From positions 6,324,001 through 6,388,000 of the forward strand of contig CM060733.1 in the NCBI GenBank assembly GCA_030704615.1: 64,000 nucleotides of DNA. Direction: 5' to 3'. The translations under genes were made by a program, and so were the position numbers. Numbering within the stretch: position 1 is the first letter of the stretch; the number at the start of each line of letters is the position of its first letter. Under the pieces are notes generated by a model. That model had not been told where the DNA came from. It did not search any database and saw only the letters and a list, made by a program, of their open reading frames with translations. Shown in pieces: positions 45,712 through 59,061 of the stretch. The DNA is from Takakia lepidozioides (taxonomy: Eukaryota; Plantae; Bryophyta).

Positions 45712-48243
45712 ATGCTTACCTCACAGCTGTGCTCCAATCCCCACTGCAAGCGGACATCTCCAGGAGATGGACCGTAAGTTTTGGCTTTCGTCCTCTGCTC
45801 TCCCTTCTCTATGGATCTCCCATTCCCCTTTCCCGTGCTGTCTGACACAAAATGGTCGGCGGCCACGAGTGTGAGCTTGACGGACAATGTAGGTGCAAAA
45901 TCTTTCGGGGGTACGGCTAGTTGTTACAAACTTGAGGGAGAGCATGTTCAAGTTACTTGGAAAGATTCTTCAATGGAGGAAGATATCTGTTTCTACTCTT
46001 GTTCTGTGCAAATTGATCGGTTTGGAAAGGAGTAAGGTCTAGGGCTGGACCAGTAGGTTTTAAGAGTGACATACTTTGCTCCTATGGCGTAGCAACAATC
46101 AGTGATCGTGCATAGTAAAACTGTATTTGTGCACCACTGCAGGACTTGTCGGTGGCATGTCCGAAATTACGGAAGTGACAAGGAGCCCAAACATGTCACT
46201 CTATGTAATGCTTGCAAAATCAACTTCGATCAGGTGAGCATATCTCCATGTGCCAAGATTTGAAGTGAAAATGTAGTTCAAGAGGAAGAAAATTAGGTGT
46301 TGCGCACTGCACGTCTCGTTGGACGGACGCGCTGCATAGAGACACGCGAAGAGAAAAGTAGGGAGCGGTCTAAGCTACTGATGTGAAGGGGCTTTTCTGT
46401 TTGTAAGAGCAGCAACCTGACAAAGTTTGATTTGGTGCTTCTTGCAGGGCAAGTATTGCCCTTTCTGTGTGCAAATCTATCGGGAAAAAGACCCCGACAG
46501 CTTTGACGGAAAAGAGGTAATTTGGGAGTGCGATGAAAGTAGGAGCTCAACAATTTCCTCTTTTTTCCTCCTTTCCCCGAAGGCCTTGGTGGTTATCTCT
46601 GTATGTCGTGCTTTTCCTCTCGACTTCACTTCGGATATTCTTCTGACCTCGCCCCTATAGGCACTCTCCTGATCTATGTGAGGGTATTGTGAAAGTGTAA
46701 AGATAAATGAGACCTGCTTGTTGTTGTTTCAGTGGGTCGGCTGTGATAATCGCACGTGTCGGCGATGGGTACATGTGGATTGCGAAATCAGCGCAGGCAA
46801 CAAAGTGGATTCCACAGCTTTTTACCTTTGTCCTAGCTGCCGAGAGGTAGCTGTACTTTCCTAGCTACCTTCCCTTTGTAACGTTTTAGTTCATTCATCT
46901 CGATGCTCCTTTTAAGCTGTGCATTCAAGAAGACTTTGCAAAGTCACAGTTGTCCATAACAGAATGTAGCATTCAGCTCCTGAGTCATTTCTACATGTGT
47001 GTGGTGCATTTGTCAAGATTCAGCCAATTGTCTATATATGCTATTTGTCCTGAATGCTCAAATTTCATGCCCAGACACCCAGTTGGGAATCCTTATGTAG
47101 ATTCATGCGGTAGGATTTCCCCTGTAGGACCTGTAGGGGAAGAAAAGTAGAGGGGAAATATGGTGGCTTGGCTGTAAGCTTAAGACTTTCTGGTGCCATG
47201 TGACACACCAGAATGCTCAAGAATTGGGGGATAGGAAGCGACTGGGTCGTCCACCTGCTCACGAGCATATGGTTGTTTTTGACAACCAAACATCTGCCGA
47301 CAGTGTTGCTCTGGTGAGGATAACCTAAATCTTTGTATCTACACTTGTACTGGCACTCTTTACCTTTTTTGTTGGTGGCAATGGTGCTGAGGATGTTAAA
47401 GTTGTTGCCCATTGAGCTCTGGGTATTGTGCAGGACATTGAACAGAAACCAAAACTGTCACTACCTTTGCGGAGCTCAAGACGGACTCTACAAGTAGATC
47501 TCTCCAAACTGGAGGTGCGTTGTGCTTGTCTTACTGAGACAGAACATGCAGCGACTTGCCCTTTGAGACTAGTAGACTGGATAAAGGACCCCATATTGAA
47601 TTTACAAGCTTGGTTTGTGTACCAGACATCCTCTTTGAAGCGGTATCGTCGAGTCTACAATTTACGAGAAGTGGCGAGCAGCTGCAAGGTATGGGTCAGA
47701 GAGCGCAGGCAAACGTAACATGGCTATTGCCTAAGACAGGATACCTCTTGTTTTTCGAATGTTGGCCACTTGTTGGAGAGTCAAGCGTGTTGGGGAATCT
47801 CTTGGTGCCTCCACTGAGTCCCCTTCGAGACTAGAGATTTGACGGCCGACATGACCATACCTTTCCCTCACAGAAATGTCTCCAATAGGCTATGCCTGGA
47901 TCATGCGAGTAATCAGGTTGCATTTGTAGTGTGACGCTTGGAAGACAATTGAAATTGTGTTTGGTTTTTTACAGGAGGAGCTCATACCAGCTGTAGCCCG
48001 ACATTTTGCTGCTCAGGTTTGTAACCTTCAACCCTTGAGCATACGGTGTCATTAGCATAAGTTTGAGCAAAGCTGCTTATATTGTGAGTGGTTTCCATGT
48101 TTTAAAGTTGCAGTTGCTAGTCTTGGCAGGTGGTGGAGGAGAATGAGACTCTGCTGTCATTTACCTGCTTTCTGAAGAAGCAGCAAACTTTTGCAACCTC
48201 CACCATGACCCAGCATCGAATTGCCCGCACTGTGGCCGAGTGA
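45712..48243 (+). CDS. Zinc finger + PHD + SAP30 Sin3-binding domain protein (candidate Sin3/HDAC complex subunit), 9 exons
   Basis: Phase-consistent GT-AG exons 45712-45773, 46143-46233, 46448-46516, 46733-46846, 47212 (or 47137)-47313, 47434-47514, 47626-47688, 47975-48016, 48130-48243. They translate to CSNPHC..RW..LCNAC, YCPFC..WVGCDNRTCRRWVHVDC..YLCPSC and VDLSKLETSSLKRYRRVYNL..KEELIPAVARHFAAQVVEENETLLSF. Confidence 0.85.
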
Positions 48244-51200
48244 ATATGTTCTCTAAGGATATGCAACCTTCTTGCTAGGAACTTCTACCTCCCTCCCCCA
48301 AACTGCCACTGTACTGCAAACGTGATGTGGTCAGTTGGGTGTAAATTGGCTATGTACACCCCCTTTTTAGCCATGGTTGTAGGTTGACTTGTACTATAAA
48401 TCTGCGGTTGATAGACCTTTAGATACATCTCAGACAATCATCATCCTTGCAGTCTACAATCCTACCTGAGTACTTCCTGGATGGACTAGCTACTGGACAG
48501 CTATTGGGAGGCATTGCAGCTGACATTGGATGAGGTGTTTACTGCCTCACTTTAGGACTGATATACTGAAACATTGTGCACTATCTCACATACCCTGCAC
48601 AAGTTTTTGGAAGAAAGGCATACATTCAGTTCGTTCTGTATCACCTTGTTGGAAATGTTGGAAAGTTCATGCCAGCTAGGTTGATCTCTGAAGAAACTGG
48701 GTGCCAACTAGCCAAAGGGTGCATGAGGTATGTTGCGACTTCTGAAGACGAATACAGGGGGCATCATTCTTGCTGAAGAAAAATCCCTCTCAGAAAGAAA
48801 GTGACCCTCTAAACTGTTGTGTGGTTGTTGTCTGCCGGCAACAGGAGGATAGCGAACCTGCGATGTTTCTCAGTGAGGGGCAAAAGGAAGACAGGAAAAC
48901 TAGAATACAGTGGAAATGGAAGTAGGACAAGCTACCATGGTTGCTTGAGTAGATGCCCCTTCTACTTCTCCCAGCCCTCTCATTCAATTCGGGTTGAATT
49001 GTTGCCTGGCAAAGGGCGGCAAAGGGGCCACACACGACACTGTCATCATCTCCTCTCAAGGAAAGGTCAAGGCTAAGACCCACAGGCAATCCGTGCCGTT
49101 CTTAACATCTTCTGCCCTAAAATGCACGGTGTAGATGAATAACCCAAACTTTGAAAACCTAGATTTCAGCTGAATATGCAAATCCGGGCTTGGATGTACA
49201 GTGTAAACCTAGTGTTGAATTGTGGAAATTTGATGATATATAGACGGATGTATATGTTTACTCACCATATTTGGCATGTTGTATTTGTTTGTTTTTTCTT
49301 ATAAGGGGAAACACCCACTCACAAATCAGACCTCACTGCTTTTGGTATGTATGCTTTATGGCCCCTTGGGGTTTCATTTTTTCCCCTGTTAACCCTTAAT
49401 TTCCCAAGCCCTTTTTGGACTTTTGAACAATTTTGGGGACCCAGCTGCAGAAAAATTGCCCCTAGAAACCTACCAAAAATCATCCAGAGATTCCAGTCTT
49501 ATAGCAGTGGGCCCAGCTCATTTATGCATGACATACCAAAAAATGGGCCAAGTCCACTTTGGAAATTACGAGATTATAACGTTGCCCCGGACCTCAAATA
49601 TCAGGTCCCAAAAAAAAAGTGAGAAAGAAATAGGTTTGACCAAATCAAAACCTAGCTTTATCCAATTTTGCTTGCCCCAAGACCCACCATTTCCAAATCA
49701 ATAGTGGAGTGGCTATGACCCCACTAAATTGCAGGTCCAACTGATTTTTTCACCTATGGTTGATTTGCATGCAATTACATGGGGGTTGAATCTCAAAATT
49801 GACGAGAAAATGTGCCTCCAAATGAAATACTTTTTTTTCTACAAATTTTTTAAAAGCGGCGTTATTTGATATGTGTTATGAAAATATGGCTCTCCTCTCC
49901 ATAGTTGTTAGATCTTATGCTGAGCCTTAATATAGTTGGTTTGAGAAAACATTCATCCACTCTTATCAAAGGATCTACGGTTCTTATCCAAAGGCACCAC
50001 GTCCATAACAAAATAACATAATGAACAATTGTTTTGACCTCCCTCAAAAACTATTGTTGAGGTAATTGTTTAAAAACAAAACATAATGGTTTCGAAAATA
50101 GATATTACGAACAATAGTTTTTGAGAGACGTCAAAAATAATTGTTGAGGTAATTTTCTTTTAAGGATATCAAGGATGATGATGTTCCTCACCTTAACATT
50201 CTCTCATATTCTGAAGATTCACATGAGATAGGTGATGAGACTTATGAGGATGTAGTTCCACCAATGCACGGCCCTTTGGAAGTTGTGTGGACATGAAATT
50301 TTAATTTTTGCCAATTTTTTTTACTTTAAACAATACAATTTAGGTTTTTTTTCTACATATTTGGACATTTTGGTTTTTTTTTCACAATTTTCGAGCAATT
50401 AGGCATTTTTGCATAATTGTTTTCCAAGTTTTAGGCACATTTTCCAAAAACAATCTAAATTTAATTAGGCACTTGATTTTGAATTAATTATTGCCTAATA
50501 AGCTAGGTAAGTACGGTAGTTCATATACCGAAAATTGATGAATATTTCCTTTTGCCCTTTTTTTCGGTTTTTAACTGAAAGTTGCAAAAAAAAATCATAT
50601 TGTCACTAATTCGACAAGTATGTCATGTATAGGGAAATGCAGGGGTTGGTTGGTATCTTGTGAGCATTAGAGCATAGCGTGAGCACAACCCACGGCCATG
50701 GGGATATTATTTTAATTATACCTTGGTCATATGAGCTATATGTCTTGAAAACAAAAAAAAACCATTAGCGGATATAAGGGACTGGTGTGTTTATAGGGTA
50801 CAAGTGCACCAATATGATAATTATTTAGTCTATCTATACTAACATGTATAAACATTCAACACACTCCAAATAATCACTTGTAAACCAAAATATATTAAGT
50901 ACTTCAAAATAATTTTAATATTAAGCTGTCATGGTTTTAGTCATGGTTAACTAGAATTACCTACTTCTAGTTAACTAGGACATTTTAGATATTTATATTT
51001 ATATTTTGTGTGTTGAGACTTCATTTGGTCTCATATGCCAAGTGAGGTGTCAAGCCTCACTTGGGACATTGGGATGGGTTTTCCCCTTGTGAGGGTTGAG
51101 GAGGGCTCATCTTCTTGTAGTTGAGCCTCCATGAGCCTCTCTCACCTCCATAGCTCTAGGTATTGAGAGGGAGTGTGGTGAGGGCTTTGTAGGGTGGATT

Positions 51201-51290
51201 CCTAGCAAAGGTGCCCTTGGCTTGACTTAATTTATGTGATTGAGTGGATTCATGAGTGGAGGGATTCCATTGTGTTCACTTCCATTATCA

Positions 51291-51304
51291 CTACAAGAAG
51301 ATGA
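51291..51304 (+). promoter_or_regulatory. Putative self-priming PBS, copy 2
   Basis: CTACAAGAAGATGA directly after ...TTATCA is a perfect reverse complement of 51107-51120 (TCATCTTCTTGTAG). Confidence 0.75.
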
Positions 51305-53057
51305 CCTTATGCTTGTTAGTGCGGAGTGTAAGGATTAGCTTAGCACTTGTGTCGGTGTACACCAAGGAGTGAGAGAGCTAAGAAAAGCTCAAGTATCTCA
51401 CAAGGCTTGCAAAATGTTGCAATGGAGAGTGTGTTTGTATTGCATCAAGGAGGTGGAGAGCTCAAGGAGATAACTCTTGAGTTACAAGACTTTGGTATTG
51501 CAAGGAGAAAGTCTTGTGAGTGTGAAAGCAAAAGGTTTGAAAGTTTGAGAAGAAGGAGCGTCATCTCTTGTATCTCAAGTGTTGTGACAACCATTTGCCA
51601 AGGAAGTGACTTCTATGTTGAAAAGAATGCATTGAGGGTTTGTATAAGCATTATTGTGCACCAAGGGTTTGAGAGCTTGGAAAAGAGCTTGGAAAAGAGC
51701 TATTGCATCACAAGAGAAGCGTTGTGTGTGTGGAGAAGATAGACACTAGGGTTTCAAGAGCAAGCTCTAGTTGTTCATGGTGTGAAAGAAAAGCCAAAGA
51801 GCGGCATATGTTTGGGTTGGAAACACCATAGAAGGAGTATAACAAGGGTAGCTTGAGGAGCATTGAGTAGCTCAAGAAAAGCTAAGAAGTGGTAGTTTAT
51901 CCATGGTGGAATGAAGCCAAGTGGGGTTTCATTTGGTTGACAAAAAAACAAGCTAAGGCGCTAAAAGGGAGTACTTTTGCTAGTTCTATGAGTCTTGGAT
52001 TGCTCTTGGTGAAGCAAGTGGCGCATGTGTGGAGTAAACTTTCCAAATGTGGCTTCCAACTTCAAGCTTGAGGAGAGCTAGAAGGTGAAGTGAGCAAGTT
52101 CATTCCTTTGTGTATGAGGTGGTGCATGTGTTGAGCATGTTTTTGGCTTAAGCTTTGTCCTTTGAAGCTTGAGAGGAATGGCTCTTGAGCTAGCAAGTGA
52201 AGGGAGCTTGAATGACCAAGGTTTGAGAGGAGACAAGGCTTGGTGGCTTGCTAAAGGAGGGGGTGCATGTTGTGGAAGAGAAGCCAAGGAGCTACATAGG
52301 CTAGGGCTTGAAGACAACAAAAGCAAACACTTGGAGAGCATCAAGAAGCTCAAGGTGACCCCAAAGGGAAGCATGTGGGTGAAAATTCTATCCATGATGA
52401 TGTGAAACCAAGCTTAGAGCATTGAAGAGCTTGAAACACATGTGGGAGATCATTGGAGGTGGTCCTCTTGAAGAAAGGAGATTGTGGCTCAAAGCATGCA
52501 TAGCAACTTCAACCATACATTAGCATGGGACAAGTCAAGGAAGGGGAAGCTAAGCTCATGTATTCATTCTCTTCTTGCTTAAGTTTTGTGGTGGATGGTT
52601 GATCAAGCAAGTGATGCTTATGTGGAACATGCTCTTTAGGGCTTATGACTTCAAGTTTGAGAAGATGAACTCTTGAATAGAGATGTGGATATACATTATT
52701 GTGAATGAAGACAACACCTAGGTCAAGAGGTGGAAGTGTGTGTGACTAGCCTATGCAAGGGAAAACAAATGGAAGATGGCATACAAAATTCAAATTGAAG
52801 GAAGGCTTGGCGTTTGTCATTGGGCACATTAGCTTGCTATGAGTTCCGAGGAGATCAAGAGGAACTTGTCAATTTGTGAATTGCACAATAAAACAATGCA
52901 ATCTTGCATGCATGTTAGGGGACCATGAAGAAGGTATTTCTCACCATCATATAAACTCCTTAAGCCTTGGGGTAGAAGCATGGATGAGGAGCAATAATGT
53001 GTATGGTGTTTCTTACTTTACTCTACAAACCCTAGTCTCCATACATGTCAAAAACTG

Positions 53058-53200
53058 GGTATGGCTCATTCTGCCCAACATACAGTTTTTTGACAAGTGT
53101 ATGGCTCATTCTGCCCATCATACAGTTTTGTGACAAGTGTATGCCTCACTCTGCCCAACATATTCTTTTATGAAAAGTGTATGGATACAAGTGGAGAGAT
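53058..53200. repeat. About 40-bp tandem repeat (3-4 units) in the leader of copy 2
   Basis: gtatggctcattctgccca(a/t)catacagtttt(t/g)tgacaagt repeated. Confidence 0.8.
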
Positions 53201-56200
53201 TTTGCCTACCATACGTTTTCATTAAAAGAGTATGACATATGTGGTGTATCTGGAGGAGTATTGCCTTTGGAGGATCTTTGGGGGGGCCCTTGGAGGAGCT
53301 TTTGGAGGACACGTTGAAGAGCATTTGGAGGGCTGTTTGGAGGACTATTTGGGGTCCTTGGAGGCCAATATTTGGCGAGCATGAGGAGTCTTTGGCGACT
53401 TGTTGAAGGATTATTTGGGGTCCTTGAGGGCCAAGATCTGGCAAGCTCTTGGGGCCTTGGTTTGGAGTACCATTATGCAAGCTTTGGGAGCCTTAGTGAG
53501 ATTGTTTGAGGGACATCTTGAGGGCTCTTAGAGAGTTATTTGAGAGATCATTGAAAGGTCTTGTCTATTGCTTAAGTAAAAGAGTGTGCAGATAGGGTAG
53601 TGGGATGAGAGCATGCTATGATAGGAATTTCTTCAGTCTCTCTTCCTTGTAGTCTTCCACCCTCTTTGTAGGCCAAAACCTTTCCGTAGGTGGAGGCAAG
53701 AATCAGTCCGGGTTTGGGCTGGGGTGTCTTGCAGGAGCGACACTGTGGAGTGTTTTTGGTGTGGGGGAGTTACTGTTTTGATTTTCTTATGTGGATCCCC
53801 TCCACACCTACATACTTGACTGTGCGCCATGTCAGTTTTGTGTGGACGCTAAGTTTTCATAAGAGGTTGGTCCGGATTTGATCACCGGCCGATCCTAGAG
53901 CATGCTGTCGGTGGTGAGGCTGGGGTGATGACCACTCAGACCATCATTGTTTCTCTTATGGTGAGGCTGGGTTGATGACCAATAGACCATAGGAGTGCTT
54001 GCGGTGGATGCAGGTGCAAGTACAAGTCTATATTAGAAACCTAGTATTCCTGCTTGAACCACCAGCCGCAATAGGTTCTCTGCCAGGTTATCTTGTGGAA
54101 AGGGGGATTAGAGACAGGTTTGCAACCGGCGTGGTTGTGAGTTTTTCATCACGGAGGTGCTACTAGTTGCTGAGGGAAGTGCTAGTACAAGCACCGGCGA
54201 TACTAGTGGGTACACGAGACGAGGTGTGCGGTTCAGGCCACCTTCACCTTCAGTGTCTTCTCAGGAAGGTTCAGACTCGGAGTCAGGAGGATTCTCGCCG
54301 AGGGTGCAAGCCATTTCCGTGCCATTGTTGTGGGATACGATGCAGGAGATGTATGGAGCTACCAAGGGGCCACGTAGGTACTCTGGAGTTGTGGGCATCA
54401 TCGAGCTTGATGACTTCATACAAGAGTTTGATAGTTGGTATGATTTGCAGCAAATGCGCAATCCACAACTGTTTACGCCTTTTATGGCGTGGAAGGGGCT
54501 ATTCCAGTACCTTAAAGGGCCGCCCATGGATGACTACCATGAATTTAGGCGGGAAAATGAGGTGGAGATTGAGGGGTGGCGACAATATTGGTCACCTGAC
54601 TATGTCTCCATCATTAGAGGCACAGCAACAAGATCCACGGCAACAACGGCAACAGCTACACCAGCAGCTTTTGCAAGCAGCAGTGGAACAAGTGAGTCAG
54701 GATGAGCTAGGACATCCACTGCAGTTCTTGCCATTGCACCAACACCTGTGCCTGCCTTCAACCCGATTATGGAGTTCTTCCAAGAGTTGAGAAGAAACTA
54801 CTAGGGGGTGAGAACAGAGAAGTTGCAGAGCTTGCAAGAGTTCCAACAAAAGCCTATTGAGAGTTTGAGGGAGGCTTATACTCGCATGAGGCGCTTGATA
54901 AATGTAACCCAAGGGGTTACGGAAGCTCAAGCAGTTCAATTCTGGTATGGCATATTGGACAAGGAGCTGAAGAGAAGGGTGCGGGATGCAACTCTCCTAC
55001 AAGTGGCCCAACCCACCCTAACAAATGTGTTTTTGCTAGCCGAGCGGATAGAGCTCAACATGGTGGAGGAGCGGGTGGTTATGGTGGGGTTTGGCAAGGA
55101 GACACAACGAAGTGGGGCTCCTCGCCAACAACAACCAACTCCCCAACGTGCTCAAGGCAACAAGGGGGCTCAGACGAAGCCTAGGGAAGGTCATGAGAGA
55201 GGATCTCAGATGCAAAGGTCTCTTCCTTCATTCTCAGTCCAGCAACAGACGAGTGTGTCATGTTAGGATTGTGGAGGACCTCATATCAAGAAGGATTGCC
55301 CGGAGAGAGGCAAAGGGCCGACACAGGCATAGCCTACACAATTACAGTGTGGGCTTTGTGGCAAGTACGAGCATGAGGAGGCCCATTGTTATGACCTGCA
55401 TCCGGAGCTACGACTAGGCCAGTTACAAGGGAACAATGGTGGCCGAGGACGAGGCAATGTAGTCCAGAGAGGTAGAGCAGGCAGAGGTCGTGGTGGAGGT
55501 CGTAACCAACACCAAGGAGCACAGGGTCAGGGTCAAGGTCATGACCAAGGCATGGTGGATAGACTTGCCAAGCTAAAGCAACGTCTTGCTGCCATGGCCA
55601 CTACTCATGTTGCGGCAGCTCCAAGGCTTGAGGTTCAAGCTCCACCTGCACAACCTCCTATGCCTAGGGAAAACCAGATTGGTATGGGCTTCATGTGTGG
55701 AGCCGCACTTGCAAGACCATTGCATATGGACTCTGCAACTGCTGTCACTCGAGCAGCAACTCGTGTTTCTGAGCCAATGGGAGCGGATGTGGATTTTGAT
55801 CCATAGATAGGGGAAGCAAGTCGACAGACAAGACTTCCCCAGTCTTTCACATTGGCCGAGACAGTGCCAACCACACCATCGATGGTACCGGCTCGTCCAA
55901 GTGTGTCAGAGGTAGAGCCTGCAAGAGTGCCAATGGGGAGAGTTGCCGTGGCTCAGGAAATGCCAGTGGGTGGTGCTGCAAAGCAAGGTGCAGCCAGAGC
56001 AGTGCACGTCAGCCATCCCCTGACTGTCACTCCGGCCTGTAGGATGTTGTGTCCAGAGTAAATCCCATGGGGTACCACACAGCCCCACCAACAAGCACAT
56101 CGTATGACATCGCGTCCGTAACAATGGCTTTGGCTCTCATGTTTGAGCCGTCCGTAGGATGATCTGCCTGTAGTCAAATGAAGAGTTCGTGGCGTGTGAT

Positions 56201-56879
56201 CCCTCGCGCCTTCTCTGAACCACCTAAAGACGTCTGAATCTAGAAAGGGAAAGGCTCCAAATCTTCCTCTGTAAGGCCCAAGCCTACAATTGCTACTGTC
56301 CCCAACATCAATGGCTGTGTTCCCGAATCCAACAAGACCCGCAGTGGCCTATACCTCCTCCCGGTTGGGCCACCCAACTGAAACATTCCATCCCGATTGT
56401 CCACCAGGACTACTCCAAGAGTCACCATGCTGCATTCAATGGCTGGCCTAGCTGACAACTCATGCAACCTTGCAGCTACCACTTGCCATGACGCAGCTAT
56501 GGCTGATTTCACCCTCGAATCCAAAGCATCTATAGACTGCATCTTATCTGTTATCTCTGCAGATAGTGCCAATGCATCACCACTCTCACAGAGTCTAGCT
56601 GCTAGTCTGAACACAGCAACTGGCCGAATCCTCGGCATTGCAATGGTCATTGCAGAAAATAATGGAGCTTGGCAAACCGCCGTAGCTGCCCCCAATAATG
56701 TACTCAGTGCGGTTTATTGGGAATATATCGGTGGATCATAGAGACATGATGCCCACATTGGTTGCATTCTCAGGTGTGGTGGCTTGGAGTGGTGAGCTCT
56801 TGGAGGGCAATAGCCATGCAGATGATATGCCACCACCTGATGAGGACAAACAATTGACATACAAGACTAAGTTGCTTCC

Positions 56880-57900
56880 TCATGTTCCTGCATAGCTCAC
56901 TGTGGGGTATAGTTGGGGATTTGCAGCGAGTGGCAAGTCAGTGTGTGCAACAAGCATGGCAAGAGGCCTTTCCATCGGTGGGTGAGGGGAGTTCGGTGAC
57001 ATCACCTAGACCTCCTCAGTTAGTTCTATTGGACATAGTGCCTATTATCTGGCAACAACCTGACTCGGGCATTTGTTTGCTAGACCTGTTTGGAGGCATG
57101 AGCACTGGGTTTGCAAGAGTGTTGCAAGCAAGAATCAAAGTACGCAAGTACTTGTATGTGGAGAAGGATGAGATTGTTCGGCGTGTTTCTATGTGCCATG
57201 TTGCTTTGCTTACACATCAGTATCCTGAGTTGTTGCCTCTCTCAGCAATTCAAGCCTCAAGGGTACCAAAAAGCCTTGCCATCAGACATTACCATGCTGG
57301 GGGCGGAGGATTTGGATCGGCATGGTCCCATTGACTTGGTGATAGGAGAGTGGCCTTGCCAAGGACATTCTCCCGCATGTCATAGTAATGGTTTGCATGA
57401 TGCACGATCGCATCTGTTTTGGGAGATATTGCAAGTGTTGCGTGACTTGCAGGTGAGGCAAGTGCAACCTCCAGCTTACATCCTGGAGAATGTTCCTCTC
57501 ATGGGGGATTCTCGGGCCAGGGTTATGGCCAGTGTACATTAGATCCGGTCATGGATTGGACCAGCTGTATTGTTGGATGCAGCTGCAGTGGGTTCACGGG
57601 CACATAGGCCTAGGTTGTAATGGACCAGAGTTGCTCAAGAGAGCCTATGATTCCATTCAATGGCCACCCAACCTCACGGTTGATGATATTTTGGACCAAA
57701 GAAGGCAACCATAGAGAGTGCGACATGATGACGGTCCACCTTTGGCGGTGGTCAATCGAGTGAAGAAGCCACATGCGGCCGTGCTTACACTCATGAGCTT
57801 TTCTTTGTCTCATGCTTTTTGAGACAATGGTCCAGGGTTGATTTGGGATAGTGTGCTACAGCAGTTGGTGGAGCCCAATGCAGATGAGCGCAGACAAGGC
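56880..57900 (+). pseudogene. C5 DNA methyltransferase domain, copy 2
   Basis: LLDLFGGMSTG, YVEKD, GEWPCQGHS, YILENV, AHRPRL; has frameshifts and stops. Confidence 0.9.
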
Positions 57901-58235
57901 CCAAGAGGTTGTTATCTAGCAACCAAATGATGCGTCTCCTACCTCCAAGCCTGGTGTACCCAAGGTTGCAGTCACTGAGGACAATTGGGAACCAGATATT
58001 GGGCCTACAGTCACCGGAGGAGAGAGACGGAAGATCCGACAATTTCTAAGGGCTTATAGGAATTGTTTTGCCTTCAGTTTGAAGGATTTGGGGAGTTTGA
58101 AGAGCCAAGAGATTCGTATTGATTTGGCAAGTGACACGCCAATTTTTTGAAGGCCCTACAGGTATAGTGACATGGAGAGGTATTTGATCCAGTCACGGAC
58201 TATAAAGTTGTTCGAAGCTGGATTGGTGGAGTTGT

Positions 58236-59061
58236 CACTACAACAGATCGCGGTATTTATGATTGTATATATAACTATTCTGCAGTCATAAACGGTACAT
58301 ATGACTTCTATGACTGTAAGTCGTGCAAACCAAGTGAATACAATGAGTACAAGATGGTACGGTCCGGATGACTACAGACAGATAAACCAAGTGATATCTC
58401 TCACTGCAGTCATATATACCATACTGCAGTCGCCGCTGCCGCGCCACATGGCGAGGCGCAATTGATTAAAAAAATTAAAAATTAAAATATGTCAGACACC
58501 GCATCATACCGCGTTGTGCCACATGGCATAATGCATTTTATAATAATGAAAAAAACCACGTGGCAACCCATCTAAGGTGTCACGTGCTATCTCTAGCTCG
58601 CCTACTAACTCTAGTGCCATCTTATCCATTTGATTGTACTTAGAGGAGTTTGAACCTCCAACATCTTTACTATAAGTGTTATAGTTTACTTCCTGCTAAC
58701 CAATACACCCATTAGTCATTCATGTGAATATATGGTGTTTTAATTGTATTATACACACCAAATTACAAAATCCCCAGTAGTCATCATGACTATGTAACCT
58801 CATCCATGTACACTGTAGTTATGGAAATGACTATCAGCGGTGAGCTAAATCTGGTCAATTGTCGTTGACCAGCCTTCCGCCCATTCCGGAGCCATGTAGT
58901 CATATAGACGACTACTTAGATAGTCGTTTATATGACCACAGTCGTATGAACGACTTCGCGAGGTCAATTTCATATAAAAACATGGTGCAGTCATGATCAA
59001 AGTCAAGAAAACCATGACTACCACGGTTTGGCAGTCAGAATTACCGTGATCTGTTGTAGTG
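58236..59061. mobile_element. Non-autonomous CACTA element (826 bp) inserted in the RT region
   Basis: TIRs CACTACAACAGATCGCGGTA / TACCGTGATCTGTTGTAGTG; 3-bp TSD TGT (58233-58235 and 59062-59064); subterminal gact/agtc repeats; removing it restores GLVELSGGEYASATVM. Confidence 0.95.

Noticed and set aside
45781-46035. ORF as first exon of the PHD-SAP30 gene
   Set aside because: Exon 45712-45773 supplies a better CxNxxC half of the zinc finger in the correct phase; this ORF could still be an alternative exon.
49300-50900. AT-rich segment with short inverted repeats, possibly a DNA-transposon end
   Set aside because: No terminal repeats or TSD could be defined.
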